64,000 bases of DNA from Octopus bimaculoides (taxonomy: Eukaryota): contig NC_068981.1 in the NCBI RefSeq assembly GCF_001194135.2, positions 36,652,308-36,716,307 on the forward strand. The letters are read 5' to 3'. The position numbers and the translations under genes are program-made. The number at the start of each line of letters is the position of its first letter. Position 1 is the stretch's first letter. Of the stretch, positions 50,870 through 63,723 are shown in pieces. Under the pieces are notes generated by a model. That model ran no database searches and had not been told where the DNA came from. It saw only the letters and a list, made by a program, of their open reading frames with translations.

Positions 50870-51915
50870 ACAAGAGATAGACTGGAGAATACATGAATTA
50901 ATGACAATGAAAAAGGAACTACACCCCAAGAGTGATGTGTCAAGATTGTATGTAGAGAGGAGGGAAGGAGGACAGGGATTAATGTGTTGTGAAGATTGTG
51001 TAAGGGAAGAAGGAGAATAGCCTGGTTTGGTTATGTTAAGGGGAGTAAAGAAGAAACAATTGAAGCAGGGAAAATGCAGGGAACCTTAAAAGTGAACAAA
51101 GCCATAGGTCCAATACAATTTAAGAAAGACCAGAGAGAGCAGATGAAGAAAATTTGGCAGGACAAGAAAACACAGAGTCAGTTCTTGAAGAATAAAGATG
51201 TGATTGATTGGAATAGAACCTGGCAATGACAGCAGAAAGGAGACTTAAAAGAGCCTACTGAGGTATTAGTGTGCAGCGCTCAAGAATAAGCTTTCAGAAC
51301 AAACTACTCCGAATATCACTGATAATGCACTGACTTGCCACAGGGTAGGATGCGCTCTGAGAAGGGAGAAGGAAAGTATAAGCCATATTGTTAGTGAGTG
51401 CTGTAAGCTTGCACAATGTGAATATAAAAGGGAACACAACAATGTGGCCAGATATATCCACAGGCTGCTGTATGGTAAAGCAAACTTTGAGAGAGCTGAA
51501 CAAAGGTATGAACATAAGCCAGAGGGAGTAAAGGAAAAATAAACATTACAAAATACTCTGAGATTTTAACATGCAGTGTGACCAAGTCATAGAGGTGAGA
51601 CAACCAGATATTGTGCACATCCATAAAGATAAAATAGAAGTAAAGATAATAGGTGTTGCAATACCAGGTAATTCGAGGATGAAATGTAAGGAAACAGAAA
51701 AGATTGAGAAATACCAGCCACTGTGTGATGAGATAAGAAAGTTATGGGGTATGAGGAAAGTAATGGTGATACTGGTGGTAATTGGAGCTTAGGAACAGTT
51801 TTCAAGGGCTTTGAAAATATATTAAGAATATTAGAGTTGCTGTCAAGCTTGAGGTGATCCAGAAGACAGCATTGTTGGGTGTAGCTTACATTCGAAGGAG
51901 AGTATTGTCTCTTTG
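50870..51915 (+). mobile_element. R4/Dong-like C-terminal region (CCHC remnant plus restriction-like endonuclease)
   Basis: LHPKSDVSRLYVERREGGQGL...ESISHIVSECCKLAQCEYKREHNNVARYIH...RQPDIVHIHKDKIEVKIIGVAIPGN...EKIEKYQPL...VVIGALG...IQKTALLG. Confidence 0.9.
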
Positions 51916-52034
51916 ATCACAGTAGAAGGCATTACTTGAAACCTTTGGTGATTTGTTGTTACCTGCTTTCAATAACCGGTAATTAAGAATTATCTGAAAG
52001 TCTTTCATAGTAGTAATAAGAATAATAATACAAT

Positions 52035-52320
52035 CCCTTAAAGTTTGAAAGAATTTGGAGCATGCAAGCAGTAAAATTCGTGCCTATAATAATTAGTGCA
52101 TTGGAAACAGTAAACCAAGATATAGATTGATGGAGATTGAAATAAAATACCCAGTAGAGCTCCTACAGAAAGTTTGTTTCTTAGGGACAGCAAGGATTAT
52201 CAGGAGGGTCCTAATCACTTGAAAGACTGCTGAAAAATTGTGGATACCTGAGATTACAGTTAGTCACCCACTATCCACATAATTCCTAGCAGGAATAAGA
52301 CTGAACCTGAGCCAAACCAA
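52035..52320 (+). mobile_element. Another R4/Dong-like 3' end
   Basis: RIWSMQAVKFVPIIISALETV...VELLQKVCFLGTARIIRRVLIT*. Confidence 0.8.
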
Positions 52321-52324
52321 AATA

Positions 52325-52743
52325 CTTGTCAGTTGCTTGACCTTAACCAGATGAGCATGTTCCTCAGTGGCTGATGATATGTGCATCTCTGATCATGAGT
52401 AGAAGTAGTTGGGGAGCATTATAGCCATGTGTTGAGAGGAATTCTTTGGGGTTTGAATAATTCACTACAGGCAACATGGGTGTTTCATTCAACATCATAG
52501 ACAACTCTTATTCAGAGACCTTTTGAGTGGAATAGGCCACTTGACTTGAAGAAAATTCTAACTGGGCCCCACCTGCAAGGACATGCACTGTTTATCTTGA
52601 TATGAAATCACAATGTCATGTACATATGGTTGTGATGCATGTGCCTGGTGTACCCTTATCAGACGGGTAGTCATGATGGGTATACGGGGCTTTGTATACT
52701 TTACCCCAGTATCACTTTGATGGTATGCACTGCTCTCTCACTC

Positions 52744-52775
<32 letters not shown>

Positions 52776-52785
52776 TAATAATAAT
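52325..52785 (+). repeat. Unclassified ~420-bp element ending in an (AAT)n tail
   Basis: Higher-GC non-coding block ending CTCTCTCACTC(AAT)n; no second copy in the window. Confidence 0.4.
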
Positions 52786-54243
52786 GTCGTTTTCTGCAGA
52801 CACTAGTTGATTTTTTGATATTCCATTTCACTTTTAACTCATTCTTATTTTTCTTTTTACAATTTTCAATTGCATTTCAAACAATCTAGAATCAACTAAA
52901 TCCCCTGTAACTGCTTCAGATCCATTGATTTTCTACCCATATATCACTGTAAACCTCAAACATTTTTTTCACCTGTCCCATACATAGCTTCAGGAGTGAA
53001 ATAGATGCACAAATAGAAATATATATTATGTTTATTCTGGCATGATACTGACTGACCAATTTTGATATTTCTTGTGTAGCAAGCTGATAGGATACAAGTT
53101 ATAAATTATTCCTGTTTCTAGAGAAGTTATAAATTATTCGTATTTCTAAATATAAAGAACCTCCACCACTATTTCCTGTCAAATTTCCTCCCGTTCATTC
53201 TTACTGTATTAACCTCTCTCACTTTCTCTCTCAATCTCCCCTTCTCCAGTGCACCTTCTTACTCTAGCTCTCTTCCTATCTTTTGTCTGAACATCAGAAT
53301 GGAGAACATCACAATTGCAATGCCTAATGCAACAAGCTGAGACATATAGGTTACCTGTGTGTGTTAACTTGTACATACACATACATACTTATGCAAATAC
53401 ACACATACACATAAACACACACATACATATCATAAACTCATGTGTATCCACACACATCAACTTGCAAATGGAAACATAATTGCACATTTGAATACACCCA
53501 CACATTGGTATGGATATATATACTTATGAATACGCCCATATGTGCCTGTATGTAAATTACCTATAGAACATATGTATTATATGAGAGAAAGAAAGAGAGA
53601 AGGTGAAAGAGAAAATGGGGAAAAAGTGACAGAAAATAAAAGGAGAAAAAGATGAAGAGGAGAATCTGAAAACCATATAAAAGCCATGAAATCGAATGAA
53701 GTTTGTAGTTATTTGTGATATCTAGAACCAGTTGAAAGTGGATATCTTGGAAATGCATTCATTAATGCAAATTCTATGCTAACATCAAAGTCATTATGCA
53801 AATCAGAGCCTTCCTTTTGTAACATAAAATATTAAAATGCTTTGCCAGTATTGAGGATTATATTTCTTTTGCAGGAACTACAAAAGACACTAATATAAAG
53901 TTTCTTCAGCTTAGCTGATCAAATGCTCCTAGATTAGCTTGATCATCTGGATTAACCAAATTAGTTTTACAGATTTTAGAGTTTTGATTCTTTGATCCTT
54001 ATTGTTGATAATATTTCAATGAAAATATGATATATGATGCATGAAGAATATGATATATATTATATAAAAAAAAGACAATATGATGAATGAATAAACTGCG
54101 TATAACATACATGTGCACTTAAACACATACATAAGTATATCTATTTATGTACACACATACATTCAATCACACACATATATACATGTGTGTGTCTACATAC
54201 ATAAATATGTATATAGGAATATATACAAGCACATGTATGGACA

Positions 54244-54326
<83 letters not shown>

Positions 54327-54639
54327 ACACACACAGCTGTATTGTTGAAATGTTTGTTTCACAACCTTGCATTTTGGGTTCAGATCCAATCTACAGCCAA
54401 CACCTTGGGCTAATGTTATCTGCTATAAGCCTTGGTCAGCCTATGCCTTCTAAGTGAAGTTGGTGGACAGAAACAAACAGATAGCTGGTTTTGTATGTGT
54501 GTGTGGCAGAGCTAGAGGCAGTCTAGTGCTACTACACAAAGAAAATTGACTCAGTGAAACAAATAAGCTTTTGGGAGAGGCTAAAGGAACTGAAGCTCTA
54601 CTCTTTAGAGAGAAGGCATGAAATATATGCAGTGATATA

Positions 54640-55040
54640 TATATATATTGAAGACCCTGGAAAGTTTAACTCCCAACTTTGGAATTGAAAACTGTACCAG
54701 CCACCAGACTGGATGGCACTGTATAATACCAAAGATCCTGTCTTCTCCATCTAGAATAAGAACCCAGTTCGGTAACAGCTTGGGTTTCATGTGTCCACAA
54801 CTATTCAACATTCTACTAAACAGCCTCAGAGATTTTCACAGTGTAGATGTGAAATTATTGAAAGAGAGTCTGGACAAATTTTCACATGAGATACCAGATG
54901 GACCAACATTGCAGCAGGAAGCACAAAGAAGAGCACAACTTGCTACTTCACCAGAAACAGTACAGAAAAGAAACCCAATACTGAAAGACAGTGCTCCAGC
55001 ATGGCCTCAGCCTCTGGTTGAAACCAATAAAGAATAAAAG
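54640..55040 (+). mobile_element. CR1/L2-like LINE 3' end
   Basis: KTLESLTPNFGIE...RIRTQFGNSLGFMCPQLFNILLNSLRD...KESLDKFSHEIPDGPT; tail GTGCTCCAGCATGGCCTCAG...TGAAACCAATAAAGAATAAAAG. Confidence 0.8.
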
Positions 55041-55041
55041 G

Positions 55042-55113
<72 letters not shown>

Positions 55114-55493
55114 ATTTTGTTTAAAAGAGTTCCAACACTGTCTGTTTTTTATGTTTTATTTATATTCCTGCAGAACCAATGTGGGGTATAGAATATGGAA
55201 TATACAATATATAATATAAAATNNNNNNNNNNNNNNNNNNNNNNNNNNNNNNNNNNNNNNNNNNNNNNNNNNNNNNNNNNNNNNNNNNNNNNNNNNNNNN
55301 NNNNNNNNNNNNNNNNNNNNNNNNNNNNNNNNNNNNNNNNNNNNNNNNNNNNNNNNNNNNNNNNNNNNNNNNNNNNNNNNNNNNNNNNNNNNNNNNNNNN
55401 NATATATAAATATAAGTATATAAAGGCGACTCGAGTTTCAGGGCTATTTTCCTTCGTCATGGCCGGTATGACAGACTTTAACAGTATATATAC

Positions 55494-55538
<45 letters not shown>

Positions 55539-55677
55539 CAGGGACATACATACATACATATTTCCAAATATATATAAATAAGTATATATAACAACACATA
55601 TGTATGAAAAAAATCATATCTTTCTTTGAGATCTTACCTTAAAAACCTAACAATTGTTTCAATTGTATTAACATATG

Positions 55678-55709
<32 letters not shown>

Positions 55710-55892
55710 CACATGCACATACATGCACATATACACATATATATGTACATATAGACAATATTATCAAAAATTAATAATAATGCCTTCAAAAACATGTGTC
55801 TAATAAAACATATAAAAAGCCTTGTATTCATGTTTGATATATATATATCATCATCATCGTTTAATGTCCGCTTTCCATGCTAGAATGGGTTG

Positions 55893-57228
55893 GATGTTCA
55901 AGTGCAATAAATGCTGAAAATATGCAGAAAACAACTTCTGTCTCATTCCTGGGAGAAAAACTAGATGCAGTTGATAGCTTCCACTATCTGGGTGACCAAG
56001 TTAGTAGTGGGGGTGGATGCGCTGAAAGTGTAGCTACTGGAATAAGAATAGCCTGGGCAAAGTTTAGAGAGCTCTTACCCCTGCTGGCGACAAAGGGCCT
56101 CTCACTCAGAGTAAAAGGCAAACTGTACGACGCATGCATATGAACAGCCATGCTACATGGCAGTGAAACATGGGCCGTGACTGCTGAGGACATGCGTAAA
56201 TTCACAAGGAATGAAGCCAGTATGCTCCGATGGATGAGTAATGTCAGTGTGCATACCCAACAGATCATAAGTATCTTGAGAGAAAGGTTGAACATAATAA
56301 GCATCAGTTGTGGTGTGCAAGCGAGACGATTGTACTGGTATGGACATGTGGTGAGAATGAATGAGGATAGCTGCGTGAAAAAGTGCCACACCCTAGCGGT
56401 TGAGGGAACCCATGGAAGAGGCAGGCCTAGGAAGATCTGGGATGAGGTGATGAAGCACGACCTCCGAACATTAGGCCTCACCGAGGCAATGACTTGTGAC
56501 CGTGACCCTTGGAAATATGCAGTGCATGAGAAGACCCGGCAAGCCAAGTGAGACCAAAGTCCAAGGCCCCTGCCAGGGATGTAGCCAGCGCACTTACGTG
56601 TAACATTCCTTCATTGGACACTAAACTGCGCTTGCTAAGACCTGTTGAGGCAAGTGCAATCAAAATCGAACTAAATTTGTAGACTGGCACCCATGCCAAC
56701 GTCTCTTTCACTGAACACTAAACTCGGCTTGCGAAAACCTGTTGGGGCAAGCAAAAGCGAAATCGTGTCGGCACCTGTACCGATAGAGCACTAAGAGCAC
56801 TAAGAGCACCGTCCAAGCATGATCGTTGCCAGAACACCAGCTGTCTGGTTTCCGTACTGGTGGCATGTAAATAGCAACATTTGAGTGTGATTGTTACCAA
56901 CGTCACCTTCCTGGCACGTAAAAAGACATTCGAGCGAGATTGTTGCCAGTACTGATGGATTGGCTCCTGTGCAGGTGGCACATAAAATACACCATTTCGA
57001 GCATGGCTGTTGCCAGTACCGCCTGACCGGCCTTCGTGCCAGTGGCACATAAATGCACCCACTACACTCTCGGAGTGGTTGGCGTTAGGAAGGGCATCCA
57101 GCTGTAGAAACTCTGCCAAATCAGATTGGAGCCTGGTGTAGCCACCTGGTCCACCAGTCCTCAGTCAAATCGTCCAACCCATGCTAGCATGGAAAGCGGA
57201 CGTTAAACGGTGATGATGATGATGATGA
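55893..57228 (+). mobile_element. 5'-truncated RTE LINE with complete 3' UTR and (GAT)n tail
   Basis: VDSFHYLGDQVSSGGG...WAKFRELLPLLATKG...GSETWAVT...WYGHV...GRGRPRKIW...KTRQAK* at 56551, then UTR to AAACGG(TGA)n. Confidence 0.95.
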
Positions 57229-57721
57229 TATATAAGTAAACATTTGTAAAGATCTTAATACAAAAAATAGATAATATAAGTGCCAATTAAAAGAAAACAA
57301 AACATGTTCACCTTATATTCATCATTCATCTCTTGCTAGAGCAGTATGGTGCTCATTTTATTGCAGAATATCAGTAATTCCAATCCTCATTAATTAGAAA
57401 AGACAAATTTTTCTTTGTTATTTAACTGTACTATTCTATTTCCACCACAAGAATCTCATTTGTTATACAGATAATTTGTCAGTCACTTATCACAAGCAAG
57501 ATATTGTATTTCTAATGTTGTCTAACTGTCTAACATAGTGGGGTATCAAACACCTGACAACTGACCCCACCAAATATTTGCACAAATTATAAACAGTTGT
57601 TTGAGTACCAATTTAAAAAAAAACAGTATACATATATACCCCACCCCACCCCACATGTGTGTATTTATGAATGTGCTTATGTATGTATGTATATATATAT
57701 ATATGAATGTGTATATATACT

Positions 57722-57983
57722 TTTACTCTTTTACTTGTTTCAGTCATTTGACTGTGGCCAAGCTAGAGCACATTAATTTCAAATTTTGGCAAAGGCCAGC
57801 AAGTTCAGGAGAGAGATAAGCTGATTACATCGATCCAAGTCTTTAACTGGTTTTTATTTTATTGACTCCAAAAGGATGAAAGGTGAAGTCGACCCTGGTG
57901 GTAGTTGAACTCAGAATGTAAAGACAAATGAAATACCACTAAGCATTTTGCCTGGTGTGCTAATGATTCTGCCAGCTCACCTT
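57722..57983 (-). mobile_element. tRNA-derived SINE with CR1-like tail
   Basis: Head as at 29221; 3' end GTGCTCTAGCTTGGCCACAGTCAAATGACTGAAACAAGTAAAAGAGTAAAA. Confidence 0.8.
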
Positions 57984-57984
57984 T

Positions 57985-58024
<40 letters not shown>

Positions 58025-58032
58025 CAGACACA

Positions 58033-58102
<70 letters not shown>

Positions 58103-58419
58103 TATATATATTTGTCTGTATATGCATATATTATTCATGGTAGAAATTGGGAAAGGGTGTGAGTGAAGGAAGGTGTGAATGAAATTCAATAATTAGTGCT
58201 AACATTTCTTGGTAAGTGCTATTGCTGCACTGATGATAAAAGAATATATAAAAGAATTGGAAAAGAACAATTAAGCATTATAAAGAAGTACTCACACCTC
58301 ATCAGTAATGTCATCTTGCAGTTTATGTAGGTGAAAACAAAAACAAAAATACGCTCTCTATTAATTATAGATACACACGTTCTTGTGCACACACAAATAC
58401 ACACACACAAATACACACA

Positions 58420-58468
<49 letters not shown>

Positions 58469-59271
58469 AAATACACTCATACACACAGTTGTATTTAATT
58501 TGCAGCATAAATATCCGACAGATGAATGCCTCTAGTTAAAATTAGTTTTACATGCCATTTTACAACATATTTCTACATTTCTGACCTTTAATTCTTGTAA
58601 AATAATATATGAATTTATTAATGTAACTAATTTTAATTAAACTTTAATTAATTACACATTAATTAAACAATTCCTGACCTCCTTTAACAGAAGAATTTAC
58701 AAACAATTACCACAGAATATAAATAACATAGTTTAGTTGCTGCTGATATATTGACTGTGTATTTTTATATCTTGCTCAATTGATATATTTTCACCTTTTA
58801 AGCACCTGTTTTTCTAAAAGTTCTACTCACTTGCTTCAAAGGTCAATAAGAAGGCTCACCATTATTAAAAAAACAAACAAACAAAAAAAAAACATGAAAA
58901 CTGAACTTAATTCTCTTATGTACATTATACTAATCAAAAATTGTTTGTAATATTTTGTTGCTGAGATGTAATAGAGCAAACTGTATTCATAATTGTTGCT
59001 TGTCTATATACAAAAATTAAAGTTTCCCCTAATCTATAAATTAACTTGGAGAGATTATTTCTTAATTTCTTAGAATTAACTATTGCTTACTTTGGGACTC
59101 TGTCAATTGACACTAATTTTTTTTATCTGCTTTCTTCAGCTGAGGGAAATTTCTGTTAATGAAAATTTGTTGTCCATGTCATAAGAATTTTTGAACTTTC
59201 AAAAGAACATGAAATAATTCTCCTGTGGAACAGTGGATTTTTGAAGTACATAGAGCTATAAATAATCCTTT

Positions 59272-59480
59272 CTATTATAGGCACAAGGCCTGTAATTTTG
59301 AGGGAGGAGCTAAGTTGATTCCATCAGCCCCAGTACTTAATTGGTACTTAATTTATCAACTCTGAAAGAATGAAAGGTAAAGTCCACCTCAATGGTATTT
59401 AAACTCAGAATGTGAAGATGGATGAAATGCTACTAGGCCTTCTGCCCAGCGGGCTAATGATTCTGCCAGTTCACCGGCTT
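59272..59480 (-). mobile_element. tRNA-derived SINE (family as 29221)
   Basis: Aligns to 57800-57983. Confidence 0.75.
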
Positions 59481-59567
59481 TTTTAAGATTCTAATTTTTT
59501 TTTTCTTGCATGAAGCTATAAATAATAGCCTATAAATAGGCTGAAAAACCTTATTGTCAATGTTATG

Positions 59568-59851
59568 ATGATGATGATCATCATCACCCCTGTTGTTGCC
59601 ATTGCTTTAACATACACTTTTCCATGCTTGCATGGGTCAGAGTGAATTTGTTGAGGTTGATTTTCTATGGCTGGATGCCTATCCTGTCACCAAATTTTTA
59701 CCTGTTTCTTCCAAGTAAGGCAATTATTTTCCCTAGCTTAGACATGTTTAGATAAAGGACTGGAAATTAATAACATCACCATATGGTGATGGTGATTTAC
59801 AAGTAACTATCAAGTGATATGAAGACAAGGAAACACAAACATGTAGACCTA

Positions 59852-59887
<36 letters not shown>

Positions 59888-59917
59888 NNNNNNNNNNGGT
59901 CTTCTGGATACCAAAAC

Positions 59918-59948
<31 letters not shown>

Positions 59949-60110
59949 GATAGGCTTCTTTCTGTTTCCATCAACTAGGTTTTCTCATAAGGCTTTAGTT
60001 TGTCCAGAGCTATTATAGAAGTCATCTGCCCAATGTGCCATGCAATGGGACTGAACCTGAAGCATAGGGTTGGCAAGCAAACGTGATAACTATGCAACCA
60101 TGCCTGTGCT
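59568..60110 (-). mobile_element. Composite SINE: tRNA head, (TA)/(CA)n, body, (GAT)n tail
   Basis: Mirror of the 48290-48772 architecture. Confidence 0.7.
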
Positions 60111-61254
60111 ATAGGACTTAATTTTATGTGCCTTTTCTAACCTAATTTAATACGGTTGGCTGTAATTATTAGGGAGGGTTGGCTGCTATTTATGCTATTT
60201 TGAGCAACTATGTAGCTGCTTCCATATTTGATAACACATTTTTAAGTGTAATTCACAATTTCTGCAGTATCTCAAATTACTATTTGATATGTGTGTTGAG
60301 GCTGGTGGGGGTTAGGGGTGGTGGTGGACATGATGTTAGATATAGTAATTTAATAAATTTGCATTTAATAATTAAATTTAATAATTTGCATGATGATGAT
60401 GTTGATTATGTTGTACATCCTGGACCAGCTAATGAGTTGTAGTCAGAGAGCATGTAATAGAGTTTTCCAGATAATTGCTGCGTAACTTATCTAATGAAAA
60501 GTTATGCGTAGGAGTATAAAAGAATGATGAGATATTATGTTCTTATAGAGAATTAATATGCTCTATTGTGTGTTGTATAGCTTTTTCTGTTATCATTTTC
60601 CCGAAGACTACACCCATAGATTATCTATTTGGGATATTAGCTTTCTAATTAAGAAAATCTGTGTGGTTCAAACCCAACTAAGCCTAAATTGCAATCCTTC
60701 ATTTGTTGAACATGGATGTTATCTTTAGCTAATATAACTCCCATTTTTGCATCATTCTAAATGACAAGGATGACAACTTATAATTTTTTGGCTTCATAGA
60801 TGCTATTATAACTGACAAATGGCACACAAAGTGTTTAATGCAAAATAAGCTTGTATAGTGAATAAAACACTTTCTCTTTGAGGAAATTTTGTTGATATTT
60901 AGGCCCAAGTCAGCTCTGACTTGGGTTTATATGAGGTCCAATAACATTCCAGCCTCAACCATTCAGCTCTTTATACAACTAAAACTACATTATCCAATGC
61001 ACTTTACTTTTTGAAAACAGTAGGGTGTCAATTGAAGAGATTTGGTCACTATTTCTAGCTGACCAAACAACTATATAGCTTACTCAAGACATATAACTTG
61101 AGGTGGAGAAAATGTTGCCACAAATATATAATGGGCACATGCATATGCTTCTAGCTGACATTCAACATACTGTGGACAAGGGTCCAGCAAACCATATTTC
61201 TGTAGCACAAGAAATAAGGAAAGTTATTTTAACATAAAACCAATATTGATTTCA

Positions 61255-61460
61255 AATTTTGGCACAAGGCCAGCAATCTCGGAGGAGGGGTAAATCGATT
61301 ACATCAACCCAGTACTCAGCTGGTACTTATTTTATTGAACCCGAAAGATTGAAAGGCAAAGTTGACTCTGGTTGAATTTGAACTCAGGACATAAGGGCAG
61401 ATGAAATGCTGCTAAGTATTTTTTCCAGCATGCTAATGCTTCTGCCAGCTCATTGCCTTC
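61255..61460 (-). mobile_element. tRNA-derived SINE (family as 29221)
   Basis: GGCACAAGGCCAGCAA...ATCGATTACATCAACCCAGTACTCAGCTGGTACTTATTT. Confidence 0.75.
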
Positions 61461-61989
61461 CATAACACCAATATTAGTGAGGTCAAACAATAAGGCAAGT
61501 ATTGAGAGAAAAGTATGATCTCCTCATATAAAATTTGCCATGGGACCTACACTGTAATGAGTGGGATAATGGAAGTAAAGGCTGATATGAAGGAAGGAAG
61601 ATGAGGCAAAAGACAATGGTTACAAGTATGATTTGTGGATGATAAAGATGGTAATTGGTGGGTACCAGTAGATAGTGAAGTCTGACATAAAAATGGTTGC
61701 TGTTGTTTAAACACAATGTCAGCGCTTATCAATAGGACCTCTGATCAAAGATGTTGCTTTGGTCATGTTCACTATCACTATCCTGGCTCATTTTCATATA
61801 TAGTCTCTCTATGACTATTAGCAGTTACTCATTCTGTGTTAGACGTAGCTTCCTAATCTCCCTCAACTTATACTTTATAGTCTTAACAACGTAAATGTAG
61901 TAAAACATGCAAATGGAGAAGACAGCTTTGGTTGGCAAGCAGCAGATGGTTAACTATTTGCTCAACTGATGAATTCTTAAAAAATGTAT

Positions 61990-62058
61990 CATTAGAAGCA
62001 GCAACAGCAGCTGCAGCAGCAGCAACAGCAGTACTAGTATAGGTAGTAGTGGTGTTAC

Positions 62059-62136
<78 letters not shown>

Positions 62137-62193
62137 CAGCAGCAGCAGCAGCAGAAGTAGTGGTAGTAGTAGTAGTAGTAGTAGTAGAGGAGG

Positions 62194-62225
<32 letters not shown>

Positions 62226-62243
62226 TAGTAATAGTAGTAGTAA

Positions 62244-62288
<45 letters not shown>

Positions 62289-62440
62289 CAGCAGCAGTAG
62301 TTGGTAGTAGTTGTAGTGGTGGTAGCAACAGTAATGGCAGTAGTAGTGATAATGGTGGTGGTATGGTGGCAGTAGTAGTAGTAGTAGTAGTAGTAGTAGG
62401 AGGAGGAGGAGGAGGAGGAGTTGTTGTTGTGGTAGCAGTA
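61990..62440. repeat. Compound (GCA)/(TAT)/(TAG)/(GGA)n microsatellite
   Basis: Direct inspection. Confidence 0.95.
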
Positions 62441-63009
62441 AATGAGAGAGGTGAAGACAAGGAGTGGATGAGAGAGAAAAAATTGATTTTCATTGTTAGA
62501 TGAAATAAAATAGGGAATAATAAAACAAAAATCCATAGAACAACTAACGATATGTTTCATCTTTGTAAGAGTAGAAGAATAGGTAAAAATCCAAAACAGG
62601 TGTTTCAACCATTCATGAAATAGTGCAAAATATTTCTTTCATTTTCATTTATCATTTCCTCTTTGTAGTTTGTCAGTTTATCATCAGTATGAGGTGATCT
62701 GCCATTTTCTGAGCTGATCTTCTCCAAAAATTACTCAAAAGGTTTAAAATGGCCAGAAAAATAAAAAGCAAAGAGGAGTAAATATGGAAAATGCCTAAGT
62801 ATATATTCTGTATAATTCATATGCTTTACTGTGTCATCATCAGTCCCACCACCATCACTGCCAACAATGTTGCTGCTACAAGTGCTGATGATGCCATCAC
62901 CACCATGACTGTTGATGTTGCTGCTACTGCCAGCAATGCCACCGCCGCAACCACCACCACCACCACCACCACCACCACCTTTACAGTGTGTACAAGGTGC
63001 TTTTTCATG

Positions 63010-63290
63010 CCATCAGCACATGTGATATTCTAAGACATCCTCTTTGTCTTTGCAGTAGTTCATAGTGATATCGCTTTTCCAGTCATTGGGTATGACACTT
63101 TCCTGCCTAACTTGATTAACTCTCTGGGTGGTCATCATGTATCCCAGCTCGCTGCCTATTCTGAGTATCTCTGCAACTATCCCTAATGGACCAACAGATT
63201 TCTCCCTCTTTATATCCAAGCTGCTGTCAATTTGAATTTCTGGCTCCTCTGAATGGTTAGTACGAGGCAGCCCTTTTTTATCCCTTGCAT
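63010..63290 (-). mobile_element. RTE LINE endonuclease-RT linker fragment
   Basis: KREKSVGPLGIVAEILR...VNQVRQESVIPNDWKS..MNYCKDKEDVL. Confidence 0.75.
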
Positions 63291-63485
63291 TCTCCTTATT
63301 GTGGTGAAATAAATGTTGCCAATGAGTTGCTTATAATTAGTTTTATCATAATTATCTTATTTCACATCCTGACGATCTCAATTATCTCACCAATCCAGTT
63401 CTCAGCTAACACAATGCACCCTGACTGTCCTTATGAAATCTCTTGCCTGTGACAAGTTTGATTGAGGATCATTTTCATCTTATAC

Positions 63486-63530
<45 letters not shown>

Positions 63531-63590
63531 CTATGTAAATATCAAACAATGAGAATGAGTGCTCAACACTCCATTAGTGGATAAAAATTC

Positions 63591-63691
63591 ATTTGTGCAT
63601 TAAGGCTACCATTGGTTTCATGCAAAGGAAGCCCTCAACAATTATCAGGCCTATCACACAGAACATGAAACCAATGGTAGCCTTAATACAC

Positions 63692-63695
<4 letters not shown>
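63591..63695. repeat. 32-bp near-perfect inverted repeat with 41-nt loop
   Basis: ATTTGTGCATTAAGGCTACCATTGGTTTCATG (63591-63622) against CATGAAACCAATGGTAGCCTTAATACACAAAT (63664-63695), one mismatch. Confidence 0.9.

Positions 63696-63723
<28 letters not shown>

Noticed and set aside
61883-62608. 241-aa and 179-aa ORFs with poly-S/Y/T/A/N tracts
   Set aside because: Translation of a compound microsatellite
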